A DNA stretch of 64,000 nucleotides from positions 72,478,001-72,542,000 of the forward strand of contig OX597816.1 of assembly GCA_951406725.2 (NCBI GenBank). The letters run 5' to 3'. Shown in pieces: positions 29,280 through 42,937 of the stretch. The DNA is from Octopus vulgaris (lineage: Eukaryota). The notes under the pieces are model-generated. The model was not told the DNA's origin. It searched no databases and saw only the letters and a program-made list of their open reading frames with translations. Within the stretch, counting starts at the first letter, position 1. Each line of letters begins with the position of its first letter. The translations under genes and the position numbers were made by a program.

Positions 29280-29740
29280 TCTTGGTCACGAACAGAAGAA
29301 AGGTATTGTTGTTTAGGACAGAGGGGTAAAGGTGTGTACCATCACAGAGTTTGCTGTCCTGCAGATATAAATATCTGTTTGAAAATCAAAGAAAAAAAGG
29401 GATATCAATGGGCTCCTAGTTCGAAACCTCCAGCATCTATATCCAGATTATGAATTCATATTCAAATCAATAATAATTGGAGCACTAGGTTTTGTTAGCA
29501 AATGCTTTAAGGAGAATCTGGATAAACTGGGATTTTCAGAAAGAGAAATTGATCGGCTGATTCGTACATTACAAGTGCAATCTGTGAGTGGAACGGTAAA
29601 AATATGCAAGACTTTCCTCAAGTTCCAAATGTGAATTTGTCTGTGTTAACTACAGCCCAAAGATGGAGCCTTGTATCTTTGTTGGAAATCGGCTCTTACC
29701 TCAGTGGAAGATTTATAACAATTAAAAAATAGAAGGAAGA
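29280..29740 (+). pseudogene. Restriction-like endonuclease C-terminus + 3' UTR of an R4-like retrotransposon, followed by (CATA)n
   Basis: CPADINICLKIKEK, then GLLVRNLQHLYPDYEFIFKSIIIGALGFV...[21 protein letters not shown] (stop at 29632-29634). Confidence 0.75.
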
Positions 29741-30050
29741 CATACATACATACATACATACATTGAGCGGGATGGCTACTCGACTAGAAGAAAATTCAAA
29801 CTAGACCCCACCTGCAAGGTCATGCACTGTTTATCTTGATATGAGATCACCATGTTGCGCACTGTGATGTATATGCCTGGTTACCCTTATCAGACGGGTA
29901 AGTCATGATGGGTAAACTGGGCTTCGTATATTTTACCCCAGTGTCACTTTGATGGCATGCACTGCTCACTCATACCTACATACATGCATACCTGCATACA
30001 TACATACATACATACATACATACATACATACATACATACATACATACATA

Positions 30051-30162
30051 CAAAAATACCCTGTTGTTGTTGTTGAATTTCCAATGAAGAAGCCTTGGAT
30101 CTAGGTTAGAAACTGGTTCTTTCTCTAATGGCAAGAAATCTTGAAATAAACTGAATAATGAT
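30051..30162 (+). mobile_element. Related 3' UTR fragment between (CATA)n/(CCAT)n tracts
   Basis: agccttggatctaggttagaaactggttct resembles agccttgtatctttgttggaaatcggctct (29668). Confidence 0.45.
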
Positions 30163-30251
30163 ATCCATCCATCCATCCATCCATCCATCCATCCATCCAT
30201 CCATCCATCCATCCATACATACATACATACATACATACATACATACATACA

Positions 30252-30283
<32 letters not shown>

Positions 30284-30450
30284 CAATCTGTAAGCGGCAC
30301 AGTGAAAATATGCAAGAGTTTTTTCAAAGTTTAAAATGTGACGTTGTTTTTGTTGACTACATTTCAACGAGGAAGCTTTGTATCTTTGTTTGAAACCAGC
30401 TCCTTCGTAACAGGAATTCATCAGATAATTAAAAATAGAAGAGAACAGAC
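30284..30450 (+). mobile_element. Second 3' end of the same R4-like family, between (CATA)n tracts
   Basis: [15 protein letters not shown] and a UTR homologous to 29578-29740. Confidence 0.7.
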
Positions 30451-30752
30451 GTACATACATACATACATACATACATGAATACACAAACATATACATATAT
30501 ACATACACAAACGCATACATAAGGAGAGGGAGAGAGAAAGAGAGAGAGAGAGACAAAGAGGAAGAGAAACCTGTCTACGAATGGCTGTTAAGAGGATTTT
30601 CATATATTTCACAGTATATTATGTATATGTCTGAAACAGTTATTTGCTGAAAACACAGTCTTGCTTTAAAATAAGATTATTACCCGAGTGTTGTGGATGC
30701 ATATACGTTTTAGTAGTAGCAGCAATTGTATATATATAAATACATACATACA

Positions 30753-30808
<56 letters not shown>

Positions 30809-30841
30809 CATGCATATATATATATATACATACATACATAC

Positions 30842-30886
<45 letters not shown>

Positions 30887-30955
30887 AATACATACATGCA
30901 TATATATATATGCATTAATACATACATGCATATATATATATATATATATATAAAT

Positions 30956-31008
<53 letters not shown>

Positions 31009-31411
31009 CATACGTATATATATATGTGTGTGAGTGTGTGTGTGTATGTATATATATGTATATATAAAGATGCCTGGATGTATATATATGTATATATAAA
31101 GATGCCTGGCCTGGATGTATATATATATGTGGGTGTGTGAATGTATGTTTGTGTGTGTGCGTGTGAGATCTCTTCATATTTAATTTGTGTATATGCTTAA
31201 AACATTACCCACACAAAACAACACACGGCCACACATCCACGTATACACGCTTGCGTACACACATACACACGCACACACACACACATGCACACACACACAC
31301 ACATGCATGAACACACACATATTTCAAATACGTAAATACATAGTTTTTCTTTTACACATGTATTTCAGTCTGTGTATGTGTGTGTGGGTGGGTAGGGGAC
31401 CAGTTTCGCAC

Positions 31412-31464
<53 letters not shown>

Positions 31465-32596
31465 CGTGCGTTTGTCAACATGGTATTATTCGGCATGTGT
31501 GTGTGTGTGTGTGTGTGTGTTACATATGGTTGGAACGTAATGACGAAATCGAGACTAAGCTATCGTAGAGTAGGAGTGGGAGGAGGAGGGATAGGAGGAG
31601 GAGAAGAAGGCGGGACGAAGGTGGGAGGGTGGCAGCAGTCAACAGAACCAAGATAATTTGAGTTTATTAATAAAATTACATCAAACAAGTCTTATACAAA
31701 AGGCTCAATTGATTTAAAGTAAAGTAGAGAACGTGTGTATGTGTGTATACTACCGTATATATGAGCGTGAGTGGGCGTCTGTTGACGCCTATGTGTGTGT
31801 GAACGTATATTATTTTGTTCGTGGCTTCACGTGTATAAGACCGTGTGTGTGTATATGGGGTGAGGCTGTTTGTTAACGTCTCTGCGGTGTGAGTTTGTGT
31901 TCTTTGTTCGTGTGTATATGTGTATATAATCGTGTATTTGTGTGTGTGGCGGTGGCTGTTGACGTCTATGCGTGTGTGAACGTATGTGCTTTCACTCGTG
32001 TGCATGCGTGATTGTGTACATGTGCATATATGGGTGTCTGGTTTTGTGTGCATGTGTTGGCATGTATATACGTGTGTGTATGTTTGCAGTTTGTGTTTGT
32101 GTATGTGATATTCATTTTTTCTACTTGTTTCATTCATCTGACTGCGGCCATGTTGGAGCACCGCCTTAACGAGGTTTTTAGTCGAAGAAATCGACCCCAG
32201 GACTTCTTTGTAAGTTACGGGGATATAAACACACTAGCGATAATATATATATGTATGTATGTATGTATATAATATATATATATATATATGCGTCGGTGTA
32301 TGGCGAGAAGCTTGCTTCCCAACCACATGGCTCCGGGTTCGGTCCCACTGCGTGACACCTTGGGCATGTGTCTTCTACTATAGTCTCGGGCCGACCAAAG
32401 CCCTGTGAGTTAATTTGGTAGACGCAAACAAGGCATTGGTCGGCCCGATGCTATAGCAGAAGGCACTGCCCAAGGTGCCACACAGTGGGACTGAACCCGG
32501 AACCATGTGGTTGCGAAACAAGCTTCTTATCACACAGCCACGCCTGTGTATGAATGTGAATTAATGACTATTGGCGTGTATATGTATGTATGTATG

Positions 32597-32630
<34 letters not shown>

Positions 32631-33747
32631 TGTATGTTTGTGTGTGTGTGTATGTATGTATGTATGTATGTATGTATGTATGCATGCATGCATGCATGCA
32701 TGTATGTATATATGTATATATGTATGTGTGTATGTATGTGTTTGTGTATGTATCTATGTATGTATGTGAATGAGGGTGCTTGTGTTATTCGAGTGTGTAT
32801 GTGCGTGTGTACAAGAGTAGAATGGTTGTATGATGTAGTCGTAGGTATTGGTGCCTGCTTTAATGTTTGCGTGTATGCGTGTGTGTTATTGTGTTTGTGT
32901 TTATGTATTTTTATGTGTATATGTGTGATTATATGACAGTGTGTTTGTAGGGCGTAATGAGTGCATATCTGGATGAACTTACGGTGTGATTGTCTTTATA
33001 TCCATTCATATGTATTCACAAGCTTTATTAATGAGTTATGCCGACTCACAAGGGCCGGTTTCCCGATTTAAGGATGTATATATTTCCCCACTTGGACGGA
33101 AATCCGGTCCATCGTAGGAGAGGACGGGAGTAACATGAAATGAAGTGTTTTGCTATAAATAAAATAAATAAAAAACACACAACGCGCCGCGCCTGGACCG
33201 GGAATTGAAACTGCAACATTACGATCATGAATCCAACTCTCGTAACCACTGAGCCATACGACTCCGTTGCATGCAAGAGTGAGTACGAGTGCATGCAAGT
33301 ACGAGTGCTTGCTTGGAATGGCTTGTATATTGTACGTGTGTATGTGTATGAGGGTGTTTGTATCATGCGTGTGTATGCGCGTGTGTGCATGAGTGCTTAC
33401 TTTGTATGATGTAGTCGTATGCGTTGGTGTCTGCTTCAATGTTTGTATGTACGCGCGTGTGTTCATGTATGTGCGTGTGTATGTGTGTGCAAGCGTATAT
33501 GAGTGTATGTGCGCGCTCGTATGTTTAAGGGCATAGTTAGAAGAAATAGGACAATTATTTACGGCCCTTTCCAACTACATTGAAACCAGAAACCTTGCCT
33601 GTATCCATGCCACATCGTGTGACGAAGTCAATCAATTACCCAAACAGGCCACGGTGTAATTCGAACTCGGAATACAAAGTGCTAGAATGAATACCGTAAG
33701 GCACTATAAGGACGCTGTAACGATTCCATCAACCATATGCTCTAGAA

Positions 33748-33922
33748 CAGTGCTCCGCAAGCTGTATGCCGCGGCACACTGGTGTGCCACGAAACGATGC
33801 TAGGTGTGCCACAGTGTAAGCTCAATATAATTTTTTTCCTTATACTTTTAGTTAAGATGTGCTTCCGAATTTTGAAAAGAATATAGGTGTACCGTTAGTA
33901 AAAAAAAAGGTGCAGAACACTG
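33748..33922. mobile_element. hAT/Charlie-like MITE
   Basis: TIR cagtgctccgca / tgcagaacactg. 8-bp flanks ctctagaa / ctcttgat; internal gccgcggcacactggtgtgcc. Confidence 0.7.
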
Positions 33923-33939
33923 CTCTTGATTGGTGGTAC

Positions 33940-34276
33940 TCGCATGGCGCAGTGGTTAGAATGTGGGGCTCACAGTCATGAGGTAGTGAGTTCGATTCCC
34001 GGACCGGGATGTGTGTTGTGTTCTTGAGCAAGACATTATATTTCACTTTGCTCCGGTACCAGTCAGCTGTAGAAATGAGTTGCAGCGTCACTGGTGCCAA
34101 GCTGTATCGGCCTTTGCCTTTCCCTTGGACAACATCTGTGGCGCGGAGAGGGAAGGCCGGTATGCCTGGGCAACTGCTGGTCTTCTATAAACAACCTTCC
34201 GCGGACTAGTGTCTCGGAGAGTAAATTTCTAGGTTCAATCCTATGGTCATTCGTGACTGAAGGGGGTTCTTTACCC
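33940..34276 (+). mobile_element. tRNA-derived SINE family C
   Basis: A box tggcgcagtgg, B box gagttcgattcc, ttcttgagcaagac core. Copies at 1700-1960(+) and 5770-6110(-); head-sharing relatives at 13760, 19390, 28350, 33100, 40370, 59120. Confidence 0.85.
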
Positions 34277-35140
34277 TGTTATCTATCAATCCCAGAAGAA
34301 TAAAAGACAAAGCGGATAACGGCGGGATTCGATCTCTCAACGTAAGTGATTAAAATAAACACTGCAATGTAATTCTTCAGACGTTCAAACGACTCTTTCA
34401 GTTCTTCGTTTGAATGTCTCAGTTAGGAGTTCAATCTATGTCCATGGACTTTTCCAAGGATTCACACACACACACACACGTGTGTGTGCGTGTGTGTGTT
34501 ATTTCGCGTAGTTCTAATCTGTGCCTTTCCATCTTTGTCCCTCCGGCCTTTCTCTTTAGATACAGCACACTCGAGAATGCATTAGCTACGATGCTCTGCA
34601 ATTTTTAAGTCTGTACTGTACGAATTGATAAAGATTTGGTTGTTATTTGCAGCATGTCAAGTTTGTGAGTTTTTTTTTTGTGTGCATATAGCATGTGTGA
34701 ACATACGAGTGCATGAACATGCGTTCACCTATGTATATGTAGGGCATACTTTCGTGTATTTTGATGCTTAATTGTATATATGTGTCTCTGTGTGTGTGCG
34801 CGCATGCGTGCGTCCCTTACATACATCCATAATGCATACTTATAAACACACACACAGACACACAGATACACACATATATATATATATATGTATTACGTGT
34901 GTGTGTGTCTGCTACTCCCCCCAACCACTGCTTGACAGCCGACGTTGGGGTATTTACGTCGCCGTTACCTAGCAGTTCGGCAAAAGAGACCAATTGAATA
35001 AGTACTAGGTTTACAGAGAATAAGTCCCGAGGGGGATCATCGATTTGTTCGACTAAAAAAAGGCGGTGTTTCAGCATGGCCGCAGTCAAATGATTGAAAC
35101 AAATAAAAGAATATGTACACACACACACATACATACATAA

Positions 35141-35315
35141 AAGGTTTTATGAAAAAGTTCCCGGACCAGTTCGGTAGCGCGCCAACAGATGGCAGCACAC
35201 GGTTGCCTGTGCAGTGAGAGCTAGCAGTGACCTTCATGAGGCAGGGCGGTGCCGAGTGACATCGCTGAGTTTACTTCGCAAGTTGTCAACTTTTATGCTT
35301 CTGTGATCACGTGTA
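35141..35315 (+). mobile_element. Probable mariner-type 5' terminal fragment
   Basis: tgaaaaagttcccggac...gcgccaacagatggcagcac resembles mariner TIR/subterminal motifs. Recognised by eye only. Confidence 0.35.
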
Positions 35316-35621
35316 AGATACGTCTATATACATAAATATGCATCAAAATGTTTATACACATGTAAACATATATATACATTTATATGCATGCACATATGTG
35401 TGTGCATGAACACACACGCACACATATACACACAAACATACATATATACACACACTCGTATACGACGGGTTTCCACAAAGTTTCCACCTTTCAAATTTAA
35501 TCCCAAGGAATTGGGCGGTCGGCGGCTATACGAGAAGGTACTTGTCCAAGGTGCCGCGCAGTGGGAGTGAACACGAAACCACAGGATTGAATAGCGAGCT
35601 TCTAAATCAGACATGCACGCG

Positions 35622-35668
<47 letters not shown>

Positions 35669-36016
35669 TTCTCTCTCTGTCTCTCTCTCACACACACACA
35701 CATACACACATGCATGCATACATGAACGTGTGTCTGCGCGCATGTAGACATATACGAATGGACAAGAAGCTAAGACGCTCTCAATGCAATCCTGTGGCCT
35801 CAGGTTCGATCCCTTAGCGTGGCACAATGGTTAATCGTCTTCTATCATAAGCTCGGGTAAACCCAAATATGTGTAACTGATACCGAATTGATGGAAATTG
35901 TAACGAAGCCCATGAGATAGATGGAAGCTGTTATGCAATAGGTCAGCGTTGTCACGCATTGTGTGTCACTGATTCCACTCGATAATTGGGAAGAGTACAC
36001 AAGAGTATACATACAT

Positions 36017-36070
<54 letters not shown>

Positions 36071-36074
36071 GTAA

Positions 36075-36114
<40 letters not shown>

Positions 36115-36115
36115 C

Positions 36116-36182
<67 letters not shown>

Positions 36183-36280
36183 CATATATGTATATATATG
36201 TATATGTATATATATATATGTATGTATATATATATGTGTGTGTGTGTATACATATATGTATATATATATATATGTATATA

Positions 36281-36348
<68 letters not shown>

Positions 36349-36356
36349 CCTATATG

Positions 36357-36397
<41 letters not shown>

Positions 36398-36413
36398 TAA
36401 ATATATATTTGTA

Positions 36414-36446
<33 letters not shown>

Positions 36447-36447
36447 A

Positions 36448-36505
<58 letters not shown>

Positions 36506-37081
36506 CAAAATGGATGTATGAATGCATGTGCGTGTGTAGGCATATGTATATTTGTGTGTTTGTGAGTGTACATGTGTGTATGTGAGAATGTATGCATGCA
36601 TATGGAGAGTGCGTATGAGCGTGTATGCATGTATGTATGTATGAGTGTGTGTGTGTGTGTGTGAAAGTGTTTGAAAGTCTGTGTGTGTATAAGTGCATGT
36701 GTGTGTGTGCGTGTGTGTGTATGTCCATGAATGTATATATGTATATGTACGCATGCATACGAGTACACACGTGTATTCTCCGTCTCTAGATGCAGGTAAT
36801 GTGTTTCAAGTAACATTACAACGATGCATTTCATCTTTACGCGGCCGTAAAAAACCTTGCCAGAGCCTGCTAAAAGCAACGGAGATTGTGTGTTTGAATA
36901 GGGGCCACTGACAGTTAGTCGAACGTTGCCAAAATTATATTAGAGATCGCTCCTGTCCCTAACCTCATCCTAAAATATCAAACGGCCCCGTCGGCCTCGC
37001 CGTAAGCGCTCTGCTTTATACCTTCAGCTTTTAAGTGTGTGTGTACGCACAGACAGACACACATACACAGTCATGCACGGA

Positions 37082-37148
<67 letters not shown>

Positions 37149-37194
37149 AAACGCACACACATACACATTTGTTTTTCACACATTCGCGGGCTCG

Positions 37195-37422
37195 TCGCCA
37201 TCAGCATCACTTCCACCCCAGTATAACGATCGCCAATAGCAGCAGCACAGGCAGCTGCACCGGCAGCAGCACCGACATCAGCAGCGCCGGCAGCAGCACC
37301 GACATCAGCAGCGCCGGCAGCAGCACCGACAACAGCAGCAGCAGACTCTGGGTTCTCGTTGTCGTCGCTGTCGTCGTCATCAATAACCTGGTCGTCATTC
37401 ATTCCAATCATCATCATCATCA

Positions 37423-37454
<32 letters not shown>

Positions 37455-37645
37455 ACAGACCTCATCGCCGCCGCCGTCGCCGCCGTCGCCGCAGTCACCA
37501 CCACCACCACCACCACCACCACCACCACCACCACCACAACCACCTCCACCACCACAACCACCACCACCGTCGTCGTCGTGGTCGTCATCATCATCATCAT
37601 CATCATCACCACCATCATCATCACCACCATCATCATCATCACCAC

Positions 37646-37709
<64 letters not shown>

Positions 37710-38705
37710 GTCATCATCGTCGTCGTCATCGACATCGTCATCGTTTGTCGACGTCATTATCATCATCATCATCATCGGAATTTTAAGCACAACATCGCCC
37801 ACAAACACTCAACATCATAGCTTCAATATCCCATTAAAAACTCACCACCACCACCACCACCATCACAACTATCACCACCACCATCACCGCCACCACCGCC
37901 ACCGCCACTACCACCACCATCACAGTCGTCACCAACATCAACGTTAGTAAATGTGGAACTTGTACGTGATCGCTCGACCGGCTAGAAATAGCAGCCAAAT
38001 CACACTGAAAAACCACTCCTTATAAAAACAAAAAAAATATATTAATGAGCACATTGAATAAATGTAGTCCAACATAGCCTTAACAGACGATGTATCAATA
38101 ACAACAGCAACTATTATATCGCTGCTAGCAAAAGTACAACCGCTATCACCGCCGCCATCATTCGTAATTACACACCAGTAGCATCACCACCACCACCACC
38201 ACCACCACCACCACCACCACCACCACCACCACCACCACTGCCGTCACCACCGCCACCGCCACCATCACTATCGTCACCGTCACCATCACCACAGTGACAA
38301 ATATTCTAACGTCGGCACTACTATCATCGGCACTACCACTGACAACTCAACTGCCACCACCACCACCACCACCACCACCACCACCACCACCACCACCACC
38401 ACCACCACCACTACCACGACCACCGCCACTTCTACCTCCACTAAACACCACCACCACCACTACCACCACCACAACCACCATCACCACTACTACTACCACA
38501 TCCATCTTCACTAACTATCACCACAACCACCACGGCAACCACCATCATCACCACCACCACAAACCATCTTCACTATCACCACCACCACCACCTCCACCAC
38601 CACAACCACTACCACCACCACAGCCACGACGACCACCGCCTCATCTAAACACTACCACCACTACCACCATCACCGCTGTTAACGTCGCCGCCGCCGCCAT
38701 TATCA
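37195..38705. repeat. Mosaic trinucleotide low-complexity region (CAG/CAT/CGT/CAC) with a 27-bp unit x3 at ~37261-37341
   Basis: Direct reading. A similar mosaic lies at 27300-27720. Confidence 0.9.
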
Positions 38706-38986
38706 TTATTCCATTGACGGCGTGCAACTGGCAATGGACTTAATGCTGTTAGTTTATTTCGCCATAAAACGTCGACAAAAGAATGCAACAACACCAACAA
38801 CATCAACAACACTAACAACAGCAAGAATGGACGGACTTCTTTTGTGCGGCGTCGTCAATTCACTTTCGAGAATTCGTTAATTTCCAGCGCTCGCAACCGC
38901 CCCCGTCTGCCTCTCCTCTTCACCATAGAAGGCAATGTGTTAACAATTTAGTGAACGTCGCACTAAGCACTATACAGCACACACAG

Positions 38987-39076
<90 letters not shown>

Positions 39077-40614
39077 AAAACAACACGAATACACACACAC
39101 AACACACACACACAACACGCAAACAAACACAGACATATGCGCACATACGCACATAACACACACACGCACGCACGCTCAAAACAACACACACGCACACATG
39201 CGCACACACGCACACAACACACACACACAACACACACACATGCACACACAGCACATGTAACACACATCCGCACAACACACAACACGCACAACTCACACAC
39301 AGCACACACAATACACACAAACACAAAATACACACACACAACACACACACACAACGCACACACACACACAACACACACACACAACACACACACAACACAT
39401 ACAACACACATACGCGCACACACACAACGCACACACAAACAACATACACACACAAATACACACACACACAACGCACACACACACAACACACACGTACACA
39501 AACAATACACACACGCGCTCACAACATCTCTATGAATTCTGTGAAGAGAAAGAACGGTGATTCTGAAAACATTGATATAAAAATATTTTGTTGTAAAATA
39601 CCTTACACGCCATTTTTACATTCACCTTACACACCGAACGTGTTTGCATGTGTGTATGTATGTATGTATGTATGTATGTATGTATGTATGTATGTATGTA
39701 TGTATGTGTGTGTGTGTGTATGTATGTGTGTGTATGTATGTATGTATGTATGTATATATGTGTGTGTATATATACATGAGTGTGTATGTGTGTATGTGTA
39801 AGTATGTATGTATGTATGTATGTCTGTGTATGTATATATGTATGTATGTATGTATGCATATACGTATGTGTGTGCGTGTATGTATATATGAGTGTGTATG
39901 CATTATGTATGTATGCATGAGAGTGCGTGTATGTCTATATGTGTGTCTGTGTGTATGTGTATGTATGTATACATGTGTATATATATATGTATGTATGTAT
40001 ATATGCGTATGTGTGTATGCATGTGTGTAGGTATGTGTGTGTGCATCCATTTATGTATGTGCGTGTGTGTATGTATGTGTGTAAGTGTATGTGCGCATCT
40101 GCATGTATGTGTGTGTATCTATATGTGTACGTGTTTGCGTGTATGTGTGTCAATGTATATTTTTGTATGTGTGTGCGTGTTTATGTATGTTTGTATGTGT
40201 GTGTATGTATGAATGGGTGTATGTTTGTATGTATATATAGGTAGGTATATACCCAATGCATGTGTGTATGAGTTTTGTGTGTGTGTTGGTGAATTATGCT
40301 GTTAACTAACTCCCACTATTTCGCTATGCATTTACACACATATAATTTTTAATGGGCCCTTTTAAAAGGCTAGCCAGGTTCATGGGCCGGGTTTCCCGGT
40401 TTCTATGGCGTATATGTTCGCCAGCTGGACAGGATGCCAGTCCATGGCAGCGTTACTCATTTTTGCCAGCTGAGTGGACTGGAGCAACGTGAAATGAAGT
40501 GTTTTGCTCAAGAATACAACGCGTCGCCCGGTCCAGGAATCGAAACCACAATCTTACGATCATGATGCTGACACCCTAACCACTAGGCCACACACCTCCA
40601 CACACACATATACT

Positions 40615-40840
40615 TATTTCTTTACTACCCACATGGGGCTAAACACAGAGAGAACAAACAAGGTCAGACAAACGGATTAAGTCGATTATATCGAACCCAG
40701 TGCGTAACTGGTACTTATTTAATCGACCCCGAAAGGATGAAAGGCAAAGTCGACCTCGGCGAAATTTGAACTCAGAACGTAGCGGTAGACGAAATACCGC
40801 TAAGCATTTCGCCCGGCGCGCTAACGTTTCTACCAGCTCA
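40615..40840 (-). mobile_element. SINE family B monomer
   Basis: Reverse complement of the unit at 24585-24800. Confidence 0.88.
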
Positions 40841-40919
40841 CAAACACACATATACTGATACACAAATATATGCACACATGCACACATGCATGTGCTTGCA
40901 AGTATATATACTATATTTC

Positions 40920-40951
<32 letters not shown>

Positions 40952-40983
40952 TGTATGTATGTGTGTGTCTATGTGTGTTTGTG

Positions 40984-41024
<41 letters not shown>

Positions 41025-41248
41025 TTATGTCTGTGTTTGTCCCCGTCATAGCCGCTTGACAACTGGAGTTGGTGTGTTTACGCTCCCGTAAATTAGCGTT
41101 TCGGCCAAAAGAGACCGATAGAATAAGTATTAGAGTTAAAAAGTAAAAATATGTACTTGGGTCCATTTGTTCGACTAAAAAACCCCTTCAAGGCGGTGCT
41201 CCAGCTTGACCGCAGTCAAATAACTGAAACAAGGTGAAAGATTACATA

Positions 41249-41325
<77 letters not shown>

Positions 41326-41365
41326 GTATATATATATATAAGAAAGTTTGTTTGTGAAAGTTATG

Positions 41366-41424
<59 letters not shown>

Positions 41425-41445
41425 GTATATATATATATGTATATA

Positions 41446-41542
<97 letters not shown>

Positions 41543-41544
<2 letters not shown>

Positions 41545-41799
41545 GGACAAGAACGCAAAACATTCAAATAGACGATACAAAAAACACGGACGGTTCATTC
41601 GAAGCTTCTAATCTTCAGTCAAGAACCGGATCATCCTCGCAATTTCGGCTGATTAAACTTGAGATTGCTCCAATCTGGCCAGCCCAAAGGAAAAACTAAC
41701 CTAAGAGCATTAGATTCCTCGGAAAATGGATCGAATGTATACGAAACAAGGACAGAAAAATGGACGGTGTTACACGAATATAAATACAAAAAAAAAAAA

Positions 41800-41839
<40 letters not shown>

Positions 41840-41986
41840 TTAATAATAATAATAACAGGACATAACAACAGGCGTCTTTCGACCAGAGGCGAATTGAACT
41901 CAGCTAGCGTATTTGAAAATAAGGTCTTACGGCAGACGAAGAAAGCGGTGTTATCGTGACGGTGGTCCGAAGCGAAAGGGCTATAG

Positions 41987-41990
<4 letters not shown>
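41543..41990 (-). mobile_element. Diverged relative of the 585-1550 element between (TA)n tracts
   Basis: tcttcagtcaagaaccggatcatc...aatttcggctgattaa is the reverse complement of 1415-1458. Confidence 0.65.
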
Positions 41991-42035
<45 letters not shown>

Positions 42036-42040
<5 letters not shown>

Positions 42041-42827
42041 TCGGGGTGAGTACTTGATAATTATAAGCACCTGTGTATACCATTTGGTGGTGTAGGTGGT
42101 GGAGTGAATTGATCAAAATAAAATAAAAACATGATGCGAAGGATTCAGCGGTACATATGTTTCGGGCCTTTATTAGACAGATTTATAACAATGCATAATG
42201 TATGTCTGTGGCCTTCTTCAGCCGCGCACAACAGCTTCCACAAGGACATGTGTTACATCAAAAATTCTTGGTTGGGGATGCAAATCCTCTCATTCACGTA
42301 CGACATAATGCGGCAGCAGCATAGAGTTGAAGCGTCCATCTCTTTCTTCTCTCAATGTAGAATGAGGAAGATTGGATGTTGAGGTAATGTAAATAAATAA
42401 ATACATATATAGAGGTGAAGATGGAGGGGCGAGAGTTCGGTACGAGGGATAAAAAATGTATAAAGAGTGTAAGTATAGAATAATATAAAAATGTAGAGGA
42501 TAAAGATATAAAGAGTTGTAAGGAGATGTAAAGGGGGTATAAAGAAATATAAAGAAATATAAATAAATGTAAAGGCATAAGGTTATAAAGTAAAAATAGG
42601 AATAGAAATAAAAGTAAAAAAACCCTGATAAAAACATGATAAAAGTGTAAAAGAATGTAAAGATAAGGGATGTATAGAGGTTACAGACCAAGCATGGTGG
42701 TCATGAGATTGATAAAATTTAGTTGTAGAATTGTCAGTAAATCAACATTTTCGTCTGGGGACTTAATGCGTTGTAAATCAGAGCTGATGAGCATTTGATC
42801 TGGTTCCTTGAATTAAATGGACTTCTA

Positions 42828-42830
<3 letters not shown>
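42036..42830 (-). mobile_element. Probable truncated PLE 3' end carrying a hammerhead, between (TA)n tracts
   Basis: Bounded on both sides by long (TA)n, contains the HHR at 42148-42225, AT-rich UTR. Only a doubtful coding remnant (LEVHLIQGTRSNAH). Confidence 0.5.
42148..42225 (-). ncRNA. Type I hammerhead ribozyme with extended stem II (canonical CUGAAGA core)
   Basis: Minus strand: gcgg-CTGAAGA-aggcc acaga...tctgt...ggccc-GAAA-catatg-TA-ccgc. Palindromic ACATATGT stem III, GUA triplet. Confidence 0.8.
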
Positions 42831-42902
<72 letters not shown>

Positions 42903-42937
42903 TATAGGTGCAGTTGTGTGATAAGAAACTTACTTCC

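Noticed and set aside
36790-36795. 6-nt microexon (tctctag ATGCAG gtaatg)
   Set aside because: Such short matches arise by chance; no supporting evidence in the sequence.
37031-38743. Poly-His/Asp/Pro/Thr ORFs in trinucleotide mosaics
   Set aside because: Open in several frames on both strands, with no domain or splice support; simple low-complexity DNA.
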